From NCBI GenBank assembly GCA_021810505.1, contig JAJZIR010000011.1:30450-94449 (forward strand): a stretch of DNA of 64,000 nucleotides, given 5' to 3'. The notes under the pieces are model-generated. The model was not told where the DNA came from and did no database searches. It saw nothing but the letters and a program-made list of their open reading frames with translations. The translations under genes were made by a program, and so were the position numbers. The stretch's first letter is position 1. The number at the start of each line of letters is the position of its first letter. Origin of the DNA: a bacterium. Its GTDB lineage: Bacteria; Deinococcota; Deinococci; Deinococcales; Deinococcaceae. Below, piece by piece: positions 49,954 through 61,257 of the stretch.

Positions 49954-51993
49954 TTGAGCGCTCCCACGCCGGGCCAGGCACCGCCGGGCGCGTCCCAACA
50001 GAGTGCGGGGGGCTTCCCGGACCTGTACCGCCGCTTTTTGAACCAGAGCGTGCGCGGCTACCTGGCCGGCACCGGGGCGGTGTTGCTCAACGGCGCGGTC
50101 ATGGCTGTCCTCTACTATCAACCTGACCCGCGCACGCTGGCCATCCTGGCTGCGGCGGTAGTGGTCGCGACCTTACCCACCGTGGTGGCCGACCTGGGTG
50201 CCGCCTGGGTTCAGCTCGGGCCGCTGCGCGACTACCTGGCTGGGCGGGGTCCGGCGGCCGGCGCCGCCCAGGTGTTGCGCCGCTGGCCGCTGCTCTCCGC
50301 CCTGCGGGTGATGGGCCCCCACCTGCTCACCATCACCGCCTTCCTGTTGATCGATGTGCAGCTGGCCCACCGCTGGACCGGGGAGCCCATCGGGCTGGGC
50401 CAGATCGCTTACTTCTTGCCCTTCTTTGCGGTCAATGCCTTGCTGCACGCAGTGATCGAATACCTGGCCGGAACCCGCAATGTCCAGGAGCTGCTCACCG
50501 CCCTGCGCGAGCGCGAAGGCGACAGGATCGCCAGTACCGCCACGGCGGGTTTCCGCGGCAAGGTGTTGCTGGTGCTGGCGGCATTGGGATTTTTGCCGGC
50601 CCTGCAGGTGGCGCTGATGGGCTACCTGCGCTTCTACGGTTACGGCGTTCCGGCCAGCGCGCAGCCGACTTCGGACCTTCTGGTGGTGCTCTGGGGGTTG
50701 GTGTCCGGACTGTTTTTTCTCTACTTCGGCAGCCAACTGCTCTCCCGGGATGTCCTCAAGCCGCTCTCGGAGCTGATGGACGCCACTTCCAGGCTGCGCC
50801 AGGGGGACCGCTCGGTCCGGGTCGACCTAGCCGCCTGGGACGAGATGGGGCAGCTGGCCGAAGCGATGAACCAGCTGGCCAGCAGCTTGGATCTGCGGGA
50901 ACGCGAGGTCCAGCGCGCCTATCGCCAAACCATCGCGGCGCTCTCCGCGGCCATCGAGGCCAGAGACCCCTACACCAAGGGACACTCGGAGCGGGTCGCA
51001 GAGTATGCCAGGCGCCTAGCCGGCGAGCTGGGCTGGAGCGAGCAGCAGGCCGATGAGATCTCGCTGGGTGGGCTGCTGCACGACCTGGGGAAAATCGGTG
51101 TCCCGGAAAACGTCCTGCTCAAGCAGGGCCCGCTCGACGCCGCCGAGCGGGCGGAGATCGAGCGGCACCCCGAAATCGGATACGACATCGCCAAGCAGTC
51201 CAGCGCCCTCCAACCCTACCTGGCCGCCATCCGCTGGCACCACGAGCGCCTGGACGGCAGCGGCTACCCAGACGGGCTGTCGGGGGAGCAGATTCCCAAG
51301 GCCCCCCTGCTGCTGGGCGTAGTCGACACCTGGGACGCCCTGACCAGCCAGCGTCCCTACCGCCCGGCCATGCCGGCCAGCTGGACAGCTGACCTGTTGG
51401 CCAGGGAGGCCAGCGGTGGCAAGCTGGACGGCCAGATGGTGGCCGGCCTAATCGAGCTCTGGAAAACTGGCCGGTTGGCCGATCTGCTGCAGGTGGAGCC
51501 ACCTGCTCAGGCCGCCAGCCAGCCGCTGTACCATACGGAGAGATCGGCTGCGGTCACCGACGCAGGGGCGCGGCCGGGGGAGGCGGACGTGGAGGACGCG
51601 GTGGAGGGAGCTGGGGGGGTGGTGTTCAGCAAGTCCGGCGAGGTTCTGTTGATCCAGGACCGCTCAGGGCGCTGGACTTTCCCCAAAGGCCACATCGAGG
51701 CGGGCGAAAGCCCTGAGCAGGCGGCCTTACGGGAGATCCAGGAGGAGACCGGCGTCTTGCCGTCAGGTGGGGAGCCCCTGCCGGAGACCCGCTATGTCAA
51801 CAGCCACCAGATTTCCAGGAGGATTCACTGGTTCCTGATGCGGGGGGAAGGCCCGGTCACCCCCGAGCAAGGCGGTAACGTCCAGGAGGCCGCCTTCTTC
51901 CCGGTGGAGCGCGCCGGCCAGCTGGTGAGCTTCGAGGGCGACCGCCAGCTGCTGGCCGAGGCCCTGCGGCAGCTGGCCGCACAGGAGCGCTGA
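49954..51993 (+). CDS. Membrane sensor (6 TM) - HAMP - HD-GYP phosphodiesterase - NUDIX hydrolase fusion protein
   Basis: HAMP-like LSELMDATSRLRQGDR...; HD-GYP (HDLGKIGVPE...HHERLDGSGYPDGL); Nudix box GHIEAGESPEQAALREIQEETGV. Confidence 0.75.
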   Translation: MSAPTPGQAPPGASQQSAGGFPDLYRRFLNQSVRGYLAGTGAVLLNGAVMAVLYYQPDPRTLAILAAAVVVATLPTVVADLGAAWVQLGPLRDYLAGRGPAAGAAQVLRRWPLLSALRVMGPHLLTITAFLLIDVQLAHRWTGEPIGLGQIAYFLPFFAVNALLHAVIEYLAGTRNVQELLTALREREGDRIASTATAGFRGKVLLVLAALGFLPALQVALMGYLRFYGYGVPASAQPTSDLLVVLWGLVSGLFFLYFGSQLLSRDVLKPLSELMDATSRLRQGDRSVRVDLAAWDEMGQLAEAMNQLASSLDLREREVQRAYRQTIAALSAAIEARDPYTKGHSERVAEYARRLAGELGWSEQQADEISLGGLLHDLGKIGVPENVLLKQGPLDAAERAEIERHPEIGYDIAKQSSALQPYLAAIRWHHERLDGSGYPDGLSGEQIPKAPLLLGVVDTWDALTSQRPYRPAMPASWTADLLAREASGGKLDGQMVAGLIELWKTGRLADLLQVEPPAQAASQPLYHTERSAAVTDAGARPGEADVEDAVEGAGGVVFSKSGEVLLIQDRSGRWTFPKGHIEAGESPEQAALREIQEETGVLPSGGEPLPETRYVNSHQISRRIHWFLMRGEGPVTPEQGGNVQEAAFFPVERAGQLVSFEGDRQLLAEALRQLAAQER

Positions 51994-51997
51994 TCTT

Positions 51998-53284
51998 ATG
52001 ACCGCTGCGCGCTGGACCAAGACCGACAGTTGGACCTTCTGGTCTTTTGCCGTGGGCCTGCTGCTGGAGAACTTCACCTTCAGCTTGGCTGCCATCACGA
52101 CCGGCTGGGTGCAGGTACCCAAAGCGCTCACCTCCCTGCTGCTGGCCTGGGCCCCGCTGTGGCTGATCATCGGCATCGCCGTGGCCGGGCCGGTGTCGGA
52201 CCGGCTCGGGCGCAAGGGAACCTTCTACTTGACCATGTCTCTCTACGCCCTGGGATCCATCGGCCTGATCTTCAGCAGCAGCTATTTGCCGCTGCTCTTC
52301 TTCTTAGCCCTCAGCCTGTTCGCGGCCGGGGGAGAGATGAACACCATCATGGCCGCCTCGCACGAGATGATGCCGGCCAAGCACCGCGGCCGCGCGACCA
52401 TGCTGGAGCTCAATTTCATCAACCTAGGCGGCCTGATCCTGGCGATAGCCGCCCTGAGCAGCGCGTACCAGAAGGTCTTGGTGCAGCGGGAGATCGTGGG
52501 GGTGACCGCCCTGCTCGCGTTGGCGGTCCTGTTCCTGCTGCGCTCCAGGACGCCGGAGTCCCTGCCCTTCCTGCTTCGCAGGGGCCGCAGCGAGCAGGCC
52601 AGGCGCGAGGCCGAGCGCTACTACGGAGACCAGGCCCAGCTGCGCTTGCAGGCCGGGCAGGTCGGCGAGCGCAGGGCTGGCACCCCCGCTCCGCGCAGCA
52701 GCCTGGCCCTGCGGCTGTTCACGACCATGACCACCTCGTTCGCGGGCGCCGCCGGTTTCGGCCTCCTGACCTATGTGGTGGGACCTTATTACTTCAAGAA
52801 TCTGACCGCTCCGATCCTTTTGGTGGCGACCGGCGTCGGCTTCCTGTCCGGCTTCTTCGGCTTGATCGCCGACCGGGTCTCCCGCAAGCTGCTCCTGCTG
52901 ATCGGCTACCTGGGCAGCGCGGTGTTCACCTTGTGGATCTGGCTGGCTCTACCGGCCTGGGCACACGACCTGACCTATTTCTGGATCCTGCTGATCCTGC
53001 TCAACATCTTCGTCAACGTCGGCTACCTCACCGAAGATACCCTCAAAGGGGAGGTCTGGCCCACCGAGCGCCGGGGCAGCTACACCGCCCTGGTCCGCTT
53101 CGTCTCGATCGGCCTGTACATCGTCACCATCTACCTGACCGCCAACCTGTCGATCGGGCAGTATCTGATCTTCAACTTGGGAGTCTGGGTCATCGGCCTG
53201 CTGGGGGCGCTGGCCTGGTTCTTCTTCGGGCATGAGACCGGTCTAGGCGTCGGCCTGGCCGAGGCCTCAGGAGAGCTGCCCTGA
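51998..53284 (+). CDS. MFS transporter (12 TM)
   Basis: MFS motif GPVSDRLGRKG, 12 hydrophobic segments. Confidence 0.75.
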   Translation: MTAARWTKTDSWTFWSFAVGLLLENFTFSLAAITTGWVQVPKALTSLLLAWAPLWLIIGIAVAGPVSDRLGRKGTFYLTMSLYALGSIGLIFSSSYLPLLFFLALSLFAAGGEMNTIMAASHEMMPAKHRGRATMLELNFINLGGLILAIAALSSAYQKVLVQREIVGVTALLALAVLFLLRSRTPESLPFLLRRGRSEQARREAERYYGDQAQLRLQAGQVGERRAGTPAPRSSLALRLFTTMTTSFAGAAGFGLLTYVVGPYYFKNLTAPILLVATGVGFLSGFFGLIADRVSRKLLLLIGYLGSAVFTLWIWLALPAWAHDLTYFWILLILLNIFVNVGYLTEDTLKGEVWPTERRGSYTALVRFVSIGLYIVTIYLTANLSIGQYLIFNLGVWVIGLLGALAWFFFGHETGLGVGLAEASGELP

Positions 53285-53345
53285 GGCGGCGCTGCCGCGT
53301 TGTATGATGTCCCGGCATGGGGGATAAGCCAGAAGCTGAAGTGAG

Positions 53346-54212
53346 GTGGCCATGGAAGCGATCCTGATCCACGGCGGCGCCGGAGCCATCGCCCAGGAGC
53401 GCGAGGCAGAGGTCGAGCTGGGGCTCAGGTTAGCGCTCGACGCGGCGGTTTCAGCGCTCCAACGGGGGGGAGACGCCCTGGCGATCGCGATCGCCGCGGT
53501 CTACGCGCTGGAGCGCAACCCGTCCTTCAACGCCGGGATCGGCGCCTGCCTCAATCTGGACGGCCACATCGAGCACGACGCCTGCGTGATGTTTGGCCCC
53601 GACCGTTCGGCCGGGGCGGTGGCTGGGGTGTCCCGGCTGAGCAGCCCGGTCTTGGCTGCCGACGAGGTGCGCCGCAGCCCCCATGTCCTGATGGCCGGCA
53701 AAGGGGCCGAGCGTTTCGCTGCCGAACGCGGGCTGGAGCTGGTCGAACCGGAGAGCTTTGTGACCGAGCGGCAGCTGCGCTCCTGGCAGCACTACCTAGC
53801 CACCAAGGAGGGTTCCCGCAGCGGTACCGTCGGAGCGGTGGTCTGCGACGCGGCGGGGCAGGTCGCCGCCGCCACCAGCACCGGCGGCATGGTCGGAAAG
53901 TTGCCCGGACGGATCGGCGACACCCCCCTGGTCGGGGCGGGTACCTACGCCACGCCCTGGGCGGCCTGCTCGGCAACCGGCTACGGGGAGTACTTTATCC
54001 GCACCCTGGCGGCCCGCAGCGCCGTCGACAGCTGCCGGAGCGGCAGGGTGCAGGAGGCGGCCGAGCAGGCTGTGGGGGAGGTGGCCCAGCTAGGTGGGGA
54101 GGGCGGCCTGATCCTGATCAGTTCAGCCGGGGAGTTGGCCTGGCACTGCAACAGCGCCAACCTGGCCTGGGCCTACTGGACGCCGCTAGCCAGCGCGGTC
54201 GGCGTGCGCTGA
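53346..54212 (+). CDS. Isoaspartyl peptidase / L-asparaginase (Ntn-hydrolase, asparaginase_2 family)
   Basis: Autocleavage/nucleophile GTVGAVVCD, 287 aa; extended -10 TTGTATGAT upstream; GAGGTG RBS. Confidence 0.8.
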   Translation: MAMEAILIHGGAGAIAQEREAEVELGLRLALDAAVSALQRGGDALAIAIAAVYALERNPSFNAGIGACLNLDGHIEHDACVMFGPDRSAGAVAGVSRLSSPVLAADEVRRSPHVLMAGKGAERFAAERGLELVEPESFVTERQLRSWQHYLATKEGSRSGTVGAVVCDAAGQVAAATSTGGMVGKLPGRIGDTPLVGAGTYATPWAACSATGYGEYFIRTLAARSAVDSCRSGRVQEAAEQAVGEVAQLGGEGGLILISSAGELAWHCNSANLAWAYWTPLASAVGVR

Positions 54213-54249
54213 CGGGCCACCGCCAGAGATTCTCTGGCGGTGGCCCGTC
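54211..54249. terminator. Bidirectional terminator hairpin GACGGGCCACCGCCAGAGA-ttc-TCTCTGGCGGTGGCCCGTC between convergent genes
   Basis: 18-bp perfect stem. Confidence 0.55.
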
Positions 54250-54263
54250 AGGGAGTTAGGGCT

Positions 54264-55517
54264 TTACTGCAGCTTCTTGATGATACCCAAGATGGTGGCC
54301 ACCGAGATCTGGCCGACGTTGGTGACCTTGCCCCCTCGGACCGTCCACTCCACCATCGGAGCGTTGGTGTCGCCGTAGCGGTTGAAGGTGTAGGTCCCCG
54401 CGGCGCCGATGTAGTAGATCTTCTTGCCTGCGGCGAGCAGGCTGAGCGCGTGATGGTACTGGCTGGCTCCGGCGTAGACCGGGAAACCGGTCAGACCGGT
54501 CACCTTACGGAGGTTATTCTTGACCACCAAGCCGCTGCTCCCGTGGCCGGCGTCCATGGCCAGAGCCACGGTCATCACCGCGTCGTAGGCATTAGTCATG
54601 TAGGCCTGCACCGGGTAGCTGCCGTACTTGGCCTTGAACTCCTGCTGGAAAGTATTCAGCGAGGGAGTCAGCTCGGAGCCTGGAGCGGTCCCCCAGACTT
54701 CCTTGAGGTACTGCGGGCCGACGTCGTTGACGAACTGCTGGGACTGCAGGCCGTCCGGGAACAGGAAGTGCTGGGGCCCACCGGCGGAGATCCACTCCCT
54801 GGCCACGGTGGTCCCATCCCCTGGGTAGCCGATCAGGAACAGGCCGTCGGGGTGGTTGGCCATGGCCTGGGTGACCTCGGCGGTGTAGGAGCTCTGCCCA
54901 GGGTCATAGGAGACGAAGGAGGTCACCGTACCGCCCAGCTTGGTGAAGGCGTTCTTAAACTGCCCGGAGAGACCCACGCCGTAGGCGTTGTTGAGGTAGA
55001 GCACGGCGACCCGCTTATAGCCCTTGGACTTGGCCAGCTGCGCCATGGCCACGCCCTGCAGCGCGTCAGAGGGGACAGTGCGGAACCAGTAGCCGCGGGT
55101 GGTCCCGTTGGCGGCCAGCTTGGTGAAAGTAGGCGAGGTGGAGGCGGGGGAGATCAGGACCACCCCGGCCGGCGCGGTGACCGAGGTGAGGATCGGCAGG
55201 GTGATGCCGCTGGCCAGGGCGCCGACGATGACCGGGACGTGGTAGACCGATACCAATTTCTTGGCGGCATCGACGCCCACTGAGGGCTGGGTCTGGTCAT
55301 CGTAGAGCACCATCTTGAGCGTGCAGCCGTTGACGCCACCCCCGGCATTGATGTCGTGGACCGCCAGCTTGGCCCCCTCAGCGATCTGCTGGCCGAGCGC
55401 GCCGAGCGAACCGGTCAGCGCCATCACGCTGCCGATGGTGACGGTGCAGGCCGAAGCGGTCGAAGCCGCAGCCAAGCTTGCCAAGATACCCAGAGAGATG
55501 AACCTAGATCCCTTCAT
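54264..55517 (-). CDS. livK: Branched-chain amino acid-type ABC substrate-binding protein (LivK family; start MKGSRFISLG at 55517, GGAGG RBS)
   Basis: Signal peptide, Peripla_BP_6 architecture; last gene of liv-type operon. Confidence 0.8.
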   Translation of the reverse strand: MKGSRFISLGILASLAAASTASACTVTIGSVMALTGSLGALGQQIAEGAKLAVHDINAGGGVNGCTLKMVLYDDQTQPSVGVDAAKKLVSVYHVPVIVGALASGITLPILTSVTAPAGVVLISPASTSPTFTKLAANGTTRGYWFRTVPSDALQGVAMAQLAKSKGYKRVAVLYLNNAYGVGLSGQFKNAFTKLGGTVTSFVSYDPGQSSYTAEVTQAMANHPDGLFLIGYPGDGTTVAREWISAGGPQHFLFPDGLQSQQFVNDVGPQYLKEVWGTAPGSELTPSLNTFQQEFKAKYGSYPVQAYMTNAYDAVMTVALAMDAGHGSSGLVVKNNLRKVTGLTGFPVYAGASQYHHALSLLAAGKKIYYIGAAGTYTFNRYGDTNAPMVEWTVRGGKVTNVGQISVATILGIIKKLQ

Positions 55518-55564
55518 GTAGCCTCCTGCCGCACGGAATTCTTCACGCATCGCTGCGGTACGGC

Positions 55565-56521
55565 CTACGCTTGCTCCTTGCTCGGAACGGTACTTCGGTG
55601 GACGGCGGGACGTTTTCGGCCCAACAAGCCGCTCGGCCGGAAGAGGATGACCAGCATGAGCAGCAGGCCGATCAGGATGATCTGGATCGCCCCGCTGTCG
55701 ACTTGGAGCTTGGCCGGCAGGGCGGCCTGGATCAGGCCGCCGCTGAGCGTCCAGATCGCCCACACCACCAGGCTGCCCAGCAGCGCCCCGGCACTGCTGC
55801 CGCTGCCCCCCAGGATCAACATGGCCCACACCTGGAAGGTAAAGATTGGCAGGAAGTCCTGGGGGCTGATGAACTTGATAAAGGCGGCGTAGAGCGCCCC
55901 GGAGAGGCCCATCGCCATGGACCCGATCACCAGGGACTGGAGGCGAAAGCTGAAGGCACTCTTGCCCAGCGAGCTAGCCGCGGTCTCATCCTCGCGGATG
56001 GCGACCAGGACCCTCCCCCAGGGCGAGTGGATCATCCGCTCCAGGGCCAGGTAGACCAGAGCGACGCAGATCAGGACCAGGATCAAGAAGGCCACCCCGC
56101 CCGAGCCGTGCAACCAACCGGCGACCGGCTGCGGGATGGCGAAGAGCCCGTTGGTCCCCCCGGTCAGCTCGGGTTCGTTGGTGGCGATCAGCTGCACGGT
56201 GATGGCGATACCGATGGTGGCGATGGCCAGGTAGTCGTCGCGCAGGCGCAGAGTCGGGATCCCCACCAGCAGCGCGAAGAGCCCGGCTGCCACCATGGCC
56301 CCCAGCAGGCCGGCCAGGACCGGCCAGCCCAGACCCGGCTGTCCGGTCAGCGGGGAGATGGTGAGGATCGCGTAGGCGTAGGCTCCCACGGCGAAGAAAC
56401 CGGAGACGCCGATGTTGAACAGGCCGGTGCGGCCCCACTGCAGGTTGAGGCCCAAAGAGGCGATGGAGTAGATCGCCGCAGTGGTCAGGAAGAAAACCAG
56501 GTAGGAGAGCACGCCGCTCAT
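55565..56521 (-). CDS. livM: Branched-chain amino acid ABC permease (LivM family)
   Basis: 8-10 TM BPD_transp_2; 4-nt overlap with livH. Confidence 0.8.
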   Translation of the reverse strand: MSGVLSYLVFFLTTAAIYSIASLGLNLQWGRTGLFNIGVSGFFAVGAYAYAILTISPLTGQPGLGWPVLAGLLGAMVAAGLFALLVGIPTLRLRDDYLAIATIGIAITVQLIATNEPELTGGTNGLFAIPQPVAGWLHGSGGVAFLILVLICVALVYLALERMIHSPWGRVLVAIREDETAASSLGKSAFSFRLQSLVIGSMAMGLSGALYAAFIKFISPQDFLPIFTFQVWAMLILGGSGSSAGALLGSLVVWAIWTLSGGLIQAALPAKLQVDSGAIQIILIGLLLMLVILFRPSGLLGRKRPAVHRSTVPSKEQA

Positions 56522-57417
56522 AGCTTGGGCTTCCCCAGGATTCCGGTCGGGCGGACCAAGAGGACGGCGATCATGAGCAAGAAGGCGATCGCCGGCTTGT
56601 AGGTGGGGGTGAGGAACAGCACCGACAGGTTCTCGGCGATCCCGATCACCAGCCCACCCAATACCGCTCCGTACACGCTGCCCACCCCGCCCAGGATCGC
56701 GGCGGCGAACAGCGGGAGGATCAGGTTGAACCCCATCTCCGGCAGGATCTGCACGGTCATCCCGTAGAGCACCCCAGCCACCGCGGCCAGCGAGCCGCCG
56801 ACGATCCAGGTCCAGCGCACCACCCTGGCCACATCGATGCCGGTGACCTGGGCCAGCTGGGGGTCGTCGGCGGTGGCGCGCATCGCCTTACCCAGCTTGG
56901 TCCTGCTGAGGAAAAAGTGCAGGCCGACTACCAGCAGCGCGGTCAGAGCCACCAAGAAGATCTGATCCGGCGTGACCCGGACACCTGGCAGGATCTGGGT
57001 CGAGATCTGGATATTGGTGGTGTAGTAGGCGGGTTGCGGCCCCCAGATCAGCACCACCAGGTGGCGCAGCAGCAGGGAGGCCCCGAAAGAGGCGATCACC
57101 AGCGCCACCTGGATAGAGCTGCGGCGCAGCGGCCGGAAGACCAGCCAGTCGACCAGAATGGCCAGCAGGCTGGTCAAGGCGGCCGCCAGCAGCAGCGCGA
57201 CCACCATGGGCCAGCCGAAGGACAGCGCGCCGAAGGTCGAGTGGACCCCGGCGAAGGCGCTGACGGCGATCAGGGCGAAGTAAGCCCCGAAAGTCAACAG
57301 CTCGCCCTGGGCGAAGTTGGCGAAGTCGAGGATGTTGTAGGTCATGGTCAGGCCGATCGCGCCCAGGGCGATGGTCGCTCCCAGGATGATCCCGTTGGCC
57401 AGCAGCTGCCCGATCAC
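56518..57417 (-). CDS. livH: Branched-chain amino acid ABC permease (LivH family)
   Basis: BPD_transp_2 topology; 4-nt overlaps on both sides. Confidence 0.8.
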   Translation of the reverse strand: MIGQLLANGIILGATIALGAIGLTMTYNILDFANFAQGELLTFGAYFALIAVSAFAGVHSTFGALSFGWPMVVALLLAAALTSLLAILVDWLVFRPLRRSSIQVALVIASFGASLLLRHLVVLIWGPQPAYYTTNIQISTQILPGVRVTPDQIFLVALTALLVVGLHFFLSRTKLGKAMRATADDPQLAQVTGIDVARVVRWTWIVGGSLAAVAGVLYGMTVQILPEMGFNLILPLFAAAILGGVGSVYGAVLGGLVIGIAENLSVLFLTPTYKPAIAFLLMIAVLLVRPTGILGKPKL

Positions 57418-58132
57418 AGCAGCTTCCCCTTGGCCCCTAAGTACAGCTCGCCTACCTCGGGGTTGACCAGCAGTGCGGAAGCCTGGTCCTGGATGCGTTC
57501 CCTGCCCTCCGCCAGCACGTAACCGCGGTCGGAGATCTGCAGGGCCGCCTTGGCGTTCTGCTCGACCATCAGGACCGTCACCCCTGCGTCGCGGATCTGG
57601 CGCACCTTGGAGAAGACCTGTGCGACCAGTTTGGGCGAGAGGCCCGCCGAGGGCTCGTCCAGGATCAGCAGTTTGGGATCGACCATCAGAGCCCTGCCGA
57701 TCGCCACCATCTGCCGCTGCCCGCCGGACAGGCGGCCCGCGGCCTGCTTTCGGAATGGCAGCAGCTCGGGAAAGAGGTCGAAAACCCGGGCAATCCTGGC
57801 ATCCAGGCGGCCTCGCAGCGGGTATCCCCCCATCTCCAGGTTCTCTAGGACGCTGAGGCGCTTGAAGATGTTGTTGGTCTGGGGGACGTAGGCCAGGCCA
57901 ACAGCGATGAGGCGGTGCGCAGGGAGGTTCCCCAGCGGTTGGCCGTCCAAGGTGGTATGGCCGCCGAAGACGGGGACCAGGCCGGCGATGGATTTGACCA
58001 GCGTCGACTTGCCAGCCCCGTTAGGCCCCAGCACAGTGACGATCTCGCCTTGGGCCACCGACAGCGACACCCCTCGCAGGATGGGGACGCCGCGCAGGTA
58101 GCCGGCGACCAGCTGATCCACCTGCAGCAGGC

Positions 58133-58136
<4 letters not shown>
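57414..58136 (-). CDS. livF: ABC ATP-binding protein (LivF family)
   Basis: Walker A GPNGAGKST, signature LSGGQRQM, Walker B LILDEPS. Confidence 0.85.
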
Positions 58137-58891
<755 letters not shown>

Positions 58892-59101
58892 CTTCCTCCC
58901 CGTCTCCGCCGGCCTTGGTCGCGACCGAACGCAACCAACTTTCTTTCCGCAAGGATCTTATCAGATTTCCGTCACATCTGCCCAATAAAATAACGAACAC
59001 TTGTTTAGATATCCAATCGAGCGGGCTGCGCCCAGTCCCGGATAAGGGCTGGAAGCACTACCAGGCTGATGGGGGGTAAACTCTAGCCAAGGAGGTACGC
59101 G

Positions 59102-61249
59102 GTGCATAAGCTCGGTGGTCTGAGCAGGGGGTGGGTTTGGGCGGTCTGCGCGCTGCTGGCCTGGGCGGGGGTGGCCGCAGCGGCCAAGGTCACTTTCACC
59201 TATACGCCGCCCAAGGGGCTCAGCGTCCACGCGGTGGACCTGCGGGGATCCATGAACAGCTGGGGAGAGAGCGCGATGGCCAGGCACGGGGGCAGCTGGT
59301 CGGTGACGATCGCGCTGAAGCCCGGGGTCTACCAGTACAAGTACTACATCGACGGGCACTGGCCCAAAAACATGTGCAAGGGGAGCCGCTACGGCAGCCC
59401 GGTGAGCCCGCAAGCCCAGGCCTGTATCGGGGACGGCTACGGCGGAGCCAACGCGGTGATCACCGTAAAGGCGAGCAGCGCGCCCAGCGAGGCGCAAAGG
59501 CTGGGCTTCCACTTCTCGCCGCAGCAGGCCGACGACCTCTCGGTGGCGCAGGGGCAGCTGACCCTGCGCTTCCAGGTCGGGGACGGCCGAGTTCAGGCGG
59601 CCAAAGTCTGGGTGGGCCGGGTGGCCTACCCGGCTTTCTTGCAGCTCAGGACCAGTAAGGAGACCTGGATGGCGCTGGTCCCCGCCGGCACCGAGAGCTT
59701 TCGCTTCCAGCTGGAGCTGCGCGGTGGAGGCACGCGCTCCTTCGGCCCCTACCGCAGCCCGGCGCACCCTTTCACCGCGGTGAACTGGGTCGGCAAGGGG
59801 ACCGCCTACGAGATCTTCCCGAACAGCTTCTACAACGGCAACCCAGCCAACGACCTGCTCTGGAAGACCGATCGCACCGACGAGTACTACCACAACCCCA
59901 AGTGGCAGGAAAACCCCTCCAGGCCCAGGCCGTTAGAGACCGCTTGGTTGGACGCGCCGGTCACGGCCGAGCTGTGCTGCCACCAGTACCTAGGCGGTGA
60001 CCTGCGCGGGGTACTCGACCAGCTGCCCTACCTCAAGTTCTTGGGGGTCCACCTGATCTACCTGACCCCCATCTTCGAGGCCGGGTCGACCCACGGCTAC
60101 GACACCAGCAACTACCTCAAGCTGGCCCCCTGGCTGGGCAAGACCAGCACGCTCAAGGCCTTGCTGCACAGAGCGCACCAGCTGGGCATGCACGTCATTT
60201 TCGACTTCGTTCCCGAGGATACCGGCTTGGGGTCGCCGATGTTCCAGAGCGTGGTCAAGCTGGGCCCCAGGTCCCCCTACTGGAGCTGGTACACCATCAA
60301 CAAGTGGCCGTTTACCCCTGGGGACGCTTCGGCCTATCAGAGCTGGGAGGGGGTCGCCAGCCTGCCACTGCTGAAGACCACCAACCCGCAGGTCGAGCGC
60401 TACTTGCTGCACGTCGCCGAGCACTGGATCCGCTTCGGCTTCGACGGCGTCCGGGTGGACTCCCCCTCCACCATGGTCAACGACCACAGCTTCATCCGCA
60501 AACTGCGCCAAGCGGTGCTGGGGATCAACCCTCGGGCCTACCTGCTCGGTGAGGATTGGAACGTCGCTCCCCAGTGGCTCCAGGGCCACCAGTTCGATTC
60601 GGTCATGAACTACGCTATCGGGCGCAACGTCTTGATCCCCTACGCCGGGGGGCGCTACCCTTTCCTGGGGGGCAAGTGGGCTCTACAACAGCTGTCCTTC
60701 ATCTACTCCCGGTATCCGGTGGCCGCTCAGGCCATGGGCTTCAACGTCTTGAGCACCCACGACACCAGCCGGCTGCTCAGCCAGCTCAGCAACCTGGGCC
60801 TGGGCGGCCACCCCAGCCCGCTGGACTTGGCCAGGCAGCGGCTGGCCATCGCCCTGGATACCGCGCTTCCCGGAACTCCGGTGACCTTCCAGGGAGACGA
60901 GTGCGCCTTCTTGGGCAAGAAGTCCCCAGATGACCAAGAACGCTACCCCTTCCAGTGGAGCCAGTGCAGCCAGGCGATGCTGCTGTTCTACCACCGCCTG
61001 GGGCTGCTAAAGACTTCGGTGCGGGCGCTGCACTCTCCGGTCTGGAGGGCCGGGGCGGCCTCGGGGGGCGTGCTGTCCTTCTACCGGGGCGCGCCGGGCA
61101 AGGGAGAGCTGCTGGCTATCTTCAACGACCAAGCCGCGACCAAGGTCTCACTCCCCCAGGGAAACTGGACCGACCTGTGGAACGGCGAGGTGGTCCGGGG
61201 GTCGCTGGCCCTGCCCCGCATGGGCTGGGCCTATCTGTCGCTGCGGTGA
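59102..61249 (+). CDS. Secreted GH13 alpha-amylase-family glycoside hydrolase with N-terminal CBM48/E-set-like carbohydrate-binding domain (GTG start, AAGGAGG RBS)
   Basis: Signal peptide; CBM-like YQYKYYIDGHW; GH13 regions (GFDGVRVD, ...GEDW..., FLGNHD-like VLSTHD). Confidence 0.8.
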   Translation: MHKLGGLSRGWVWAVCALLAWAGVAAAAKVTFTYTPPKGLSVHAVDLRGSMNSWGESAMARHGGSWSVTIALKPGVYQYKYYIDGHWPKNMCKGSRYGSPVSPQAQACIGDGYGGANAVITVKASSAPSEAQRLGFHFSPQQADDLSVAQGQLTLRFQVGDGRVQAAKVWVGRVAYPAFLQLRTSKETWMALVPAGTESFRFQLELRGGGTRSFGPYRSPAHPFTAVNWVGKGTAYEIFPNSFYNGNPANDLLWKTDRTDEYYHNPKWQENPSRPRPLETAWLDAPVTAELCCHQYLGGDLRGVLDQLPYLKFLGVHLIYLTPIFEAGSTHGYDTSNYLKLAPWLGKTSTLKALLHRAHQLGMHVIFDFVPEDTGLGSPMFQSVVKLGPRSPYWSWYTINKWPFTPGDASAYQSWEGVASLPLLKTTNPQVERYLLHVAEHWIRFGFDGVRVDSPSTMVNDHSFIRKLRQAVLGINPRAYLLGEDWNVAPQWLQGHQFDSVMNYAIGRNVLIPYAGGRYPFLGGKWALQQLSFIYSRYPVAAQAMGFNVLSTHDTSRLLSQLSNLGLGGHPSPLDLARQRLAIALDTALPGTPVTFQGDECAFLGKKSPDDQERYPFQWSQCSQAMLLFYHRLGLLKTSVRALHSPVWRAGAASGGVLSFYRGAPGKGELLAIFNDQAATKVSLPQGNWTDLWNGEVVRGSLALPRMGWAYLSLR

Positions 61250-61257
61250 ACGGAAGA

